DNA of 64,000 nucleotides from Reyranellaceae bacterium (GTDB lineage Bacteria; Pseudomonadota; Alphaproteobacteria; Reyranellales; Reyranellaceae): NCBI GenBank assembly GCA_022844045.1, contig JALHMM010000016.1, positions 19,806 to 83,805 of the forward strand, read 5' to 3'. Shown piece by piece: positions 63,222 to 64,000 of this stretch (position 1 is its first letter; each line of letters starts with the position of its first letter). The notes under the pieces were generated by a model. It saw only the letters and a program-made list of their open reading frames with translations, ran no database searches and was not told where the DNA came from. The position numbers and the translations under genes were made by a program.

Positions 63222-63404
63222 ATGCGTCCGCCCGCGTCTACGCTGGCCTACGCCGCCGCGCGGCGTGCCGAGCTGTTCGTGCTGCTCGACAGCCTGGCGC
63301 ATAGCCGCCGGCGCGGCTTCGTACCCTTCGAGCGCCGCCTTTTGCCGATGACGCTCGACACCATCCGCCGGCTCAACCGCTTCGCCTCGTTGGCGCTGCC
63401 ATGA
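63222..63404 (+). CDS. hypothetical small protein
   Basis: Starts 3 nt after the upstream stop and overlaps the downstream start (ATGA). Confidence 0.35.
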   Translation: MRPPASTLAYAAARRAELFVLLDSLAHSRRRGFVPFERRLLPMTLDTIRRLNRFASLALP

Positions 63405-63907
63405 GTGCGCCGGATGATCTCGACCTGCCGCCGGATCTACGGGCGCGCATCGCGGAGATCGTCCGCCCGCTGATCGGCCCGATCGAGATCGTCATCCGCC
63501 ATGGCCAGTGGCTCGACGGCATCGAGCACCAGCTCGACGCCGCGATCACGGAAGCGCTGGGCGGCCATGACGGCCTCGTTATCGAGGAGCAATCGCCGCC
63601 CGCGCCCAGGCCTTTCCCGCCGGTCCCGCGCGCCGACGAGGACCACTTCCTGACCTCGCGCGCCTGGCTGTCGCTGCGCTATCGCGTGCTGAAGAAGTAC
63701 GGCGCGCGTTGCCAGTGCTGCGGCCGCGCCGCCCGCGATGGCGCGATCATCCAGGTCGACCACATCAAGCCGCGCAGCCGCCATCCCGAGCTGGCGCTGC
63801 GCGCCGACAACCTCCAGGTGCTGTGCCGCGACTGCAATCTCGGCAAGGGCGCCGGCGACGCCACGGACTGGCGGCCGCGACGGGTCGAGATGGCGGCGCG
63901 AAGGTGA
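63401..63907 (+). CDS. HNH endonuclease domain protein
   Basis: Carries CQCCGR...VDHIKPRS...NLQVLCRDCNLGKG. Confidence 0.75.
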   Translation: MSAPDDLDLPPDLRARIAEIVRPLIGPIEIVIRHGQWLDGIEHQLDAAITEALGGHDGLVIEEQSPPAPRPFPPVPRADEDHFLTSRAWLSLRYRVLKKYGARCQCCGRAARDGAIIQVDHIKPRSRHPELALRADNLQVLCRDCNLGKGAGDATDWRPRRVEMAARR

Positions 63908-64000
63908 TCTGTCTTGTTGTATCGCTACGGGCGACTGATCGGCTTCTATAGATCAATGCCGCGCGTTCGCCGTAACCGCGCCCTCATCCGTCTAACGCGA

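Noticed and set aside
1-64000. Search for tRNA, rRNA, transposase/IS or integrase genes
   Set aside because: I found no T-loop/acceptor-like tRNA signatures (for example GGTTCGAATCC), no rRNA-like conserved blocks and no DDE transposase or tyrosine recombinase motifs in any frame of the track.

Overview
High-GC bacterial chromosome segment. Gene content and repeat types suggest an alphaproteobacterium, but that is a guess from the sequence alone. I support about 75 protein-coding genes and found no rRNA, tRNA or CRISPR. Most of the window is ordinary accessory catabolism. It holds three luciferase-like (LLM) oxidoreductases, three amidohydrolases, four SDRs, two GSTs, two TauD/TfdA dioxygenases and two Bug/TctC solute-binding proteins. 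It also holds a CaiB-type CoA-transferase, an Ldh2-type dehydrogenase, a three-subunit molybdo-hydroxylase and metNIQ. The stand-out is a minus-strand gene string at 27.65-32.69 kb, with an AraC-type regulator at 33.07-33.66 kb. It starts with a 494-aa protein made of about 30 acidic G-Y-D-P units followed by about 30 P-P-L-I/V-R and P-P-L-V-F-P-I-R units. A perfect 32-nt palindrome follows its stop codon. Next comes a eukaryote-type protein arginine methyltransferase (PRMT) homologue whose C-terminal tail looks like a borosin leader. A stand-alone borosin-type (OphMA/SonM-like) alpha-N-methyltransferase overlaps it by ATGA, and a signal-peptide-less S8 subtilase follows 10 nt later. I read this as a candidate undescribed multi-core peptide or protein methylation system. 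Other items worth a second look: (1) a TlpA/ResA-type thioredoxin-fold gene with an in-frame TGA at the first active-site Cys and a hairpin just after it, so a candidate selenoprotein; (2) a small AT-rich islet with a YopT/AvrPphB/NopT-type C58 cysteine protease next to a decayed tauD fragment; (3) an ATPase plus NYN-nuclease pair; (4) a prophage remnant with a CI/S24 repressor and a DinJ-YafQ module; (5) a KaiC homologue coupled to a hybrid histidine kinase; (6) four families of intergenic palindromic repeats. Many long ORFs in the six-frame track are antisense or off-frame shadows typical of GC-rich DNA, and I did not call them.
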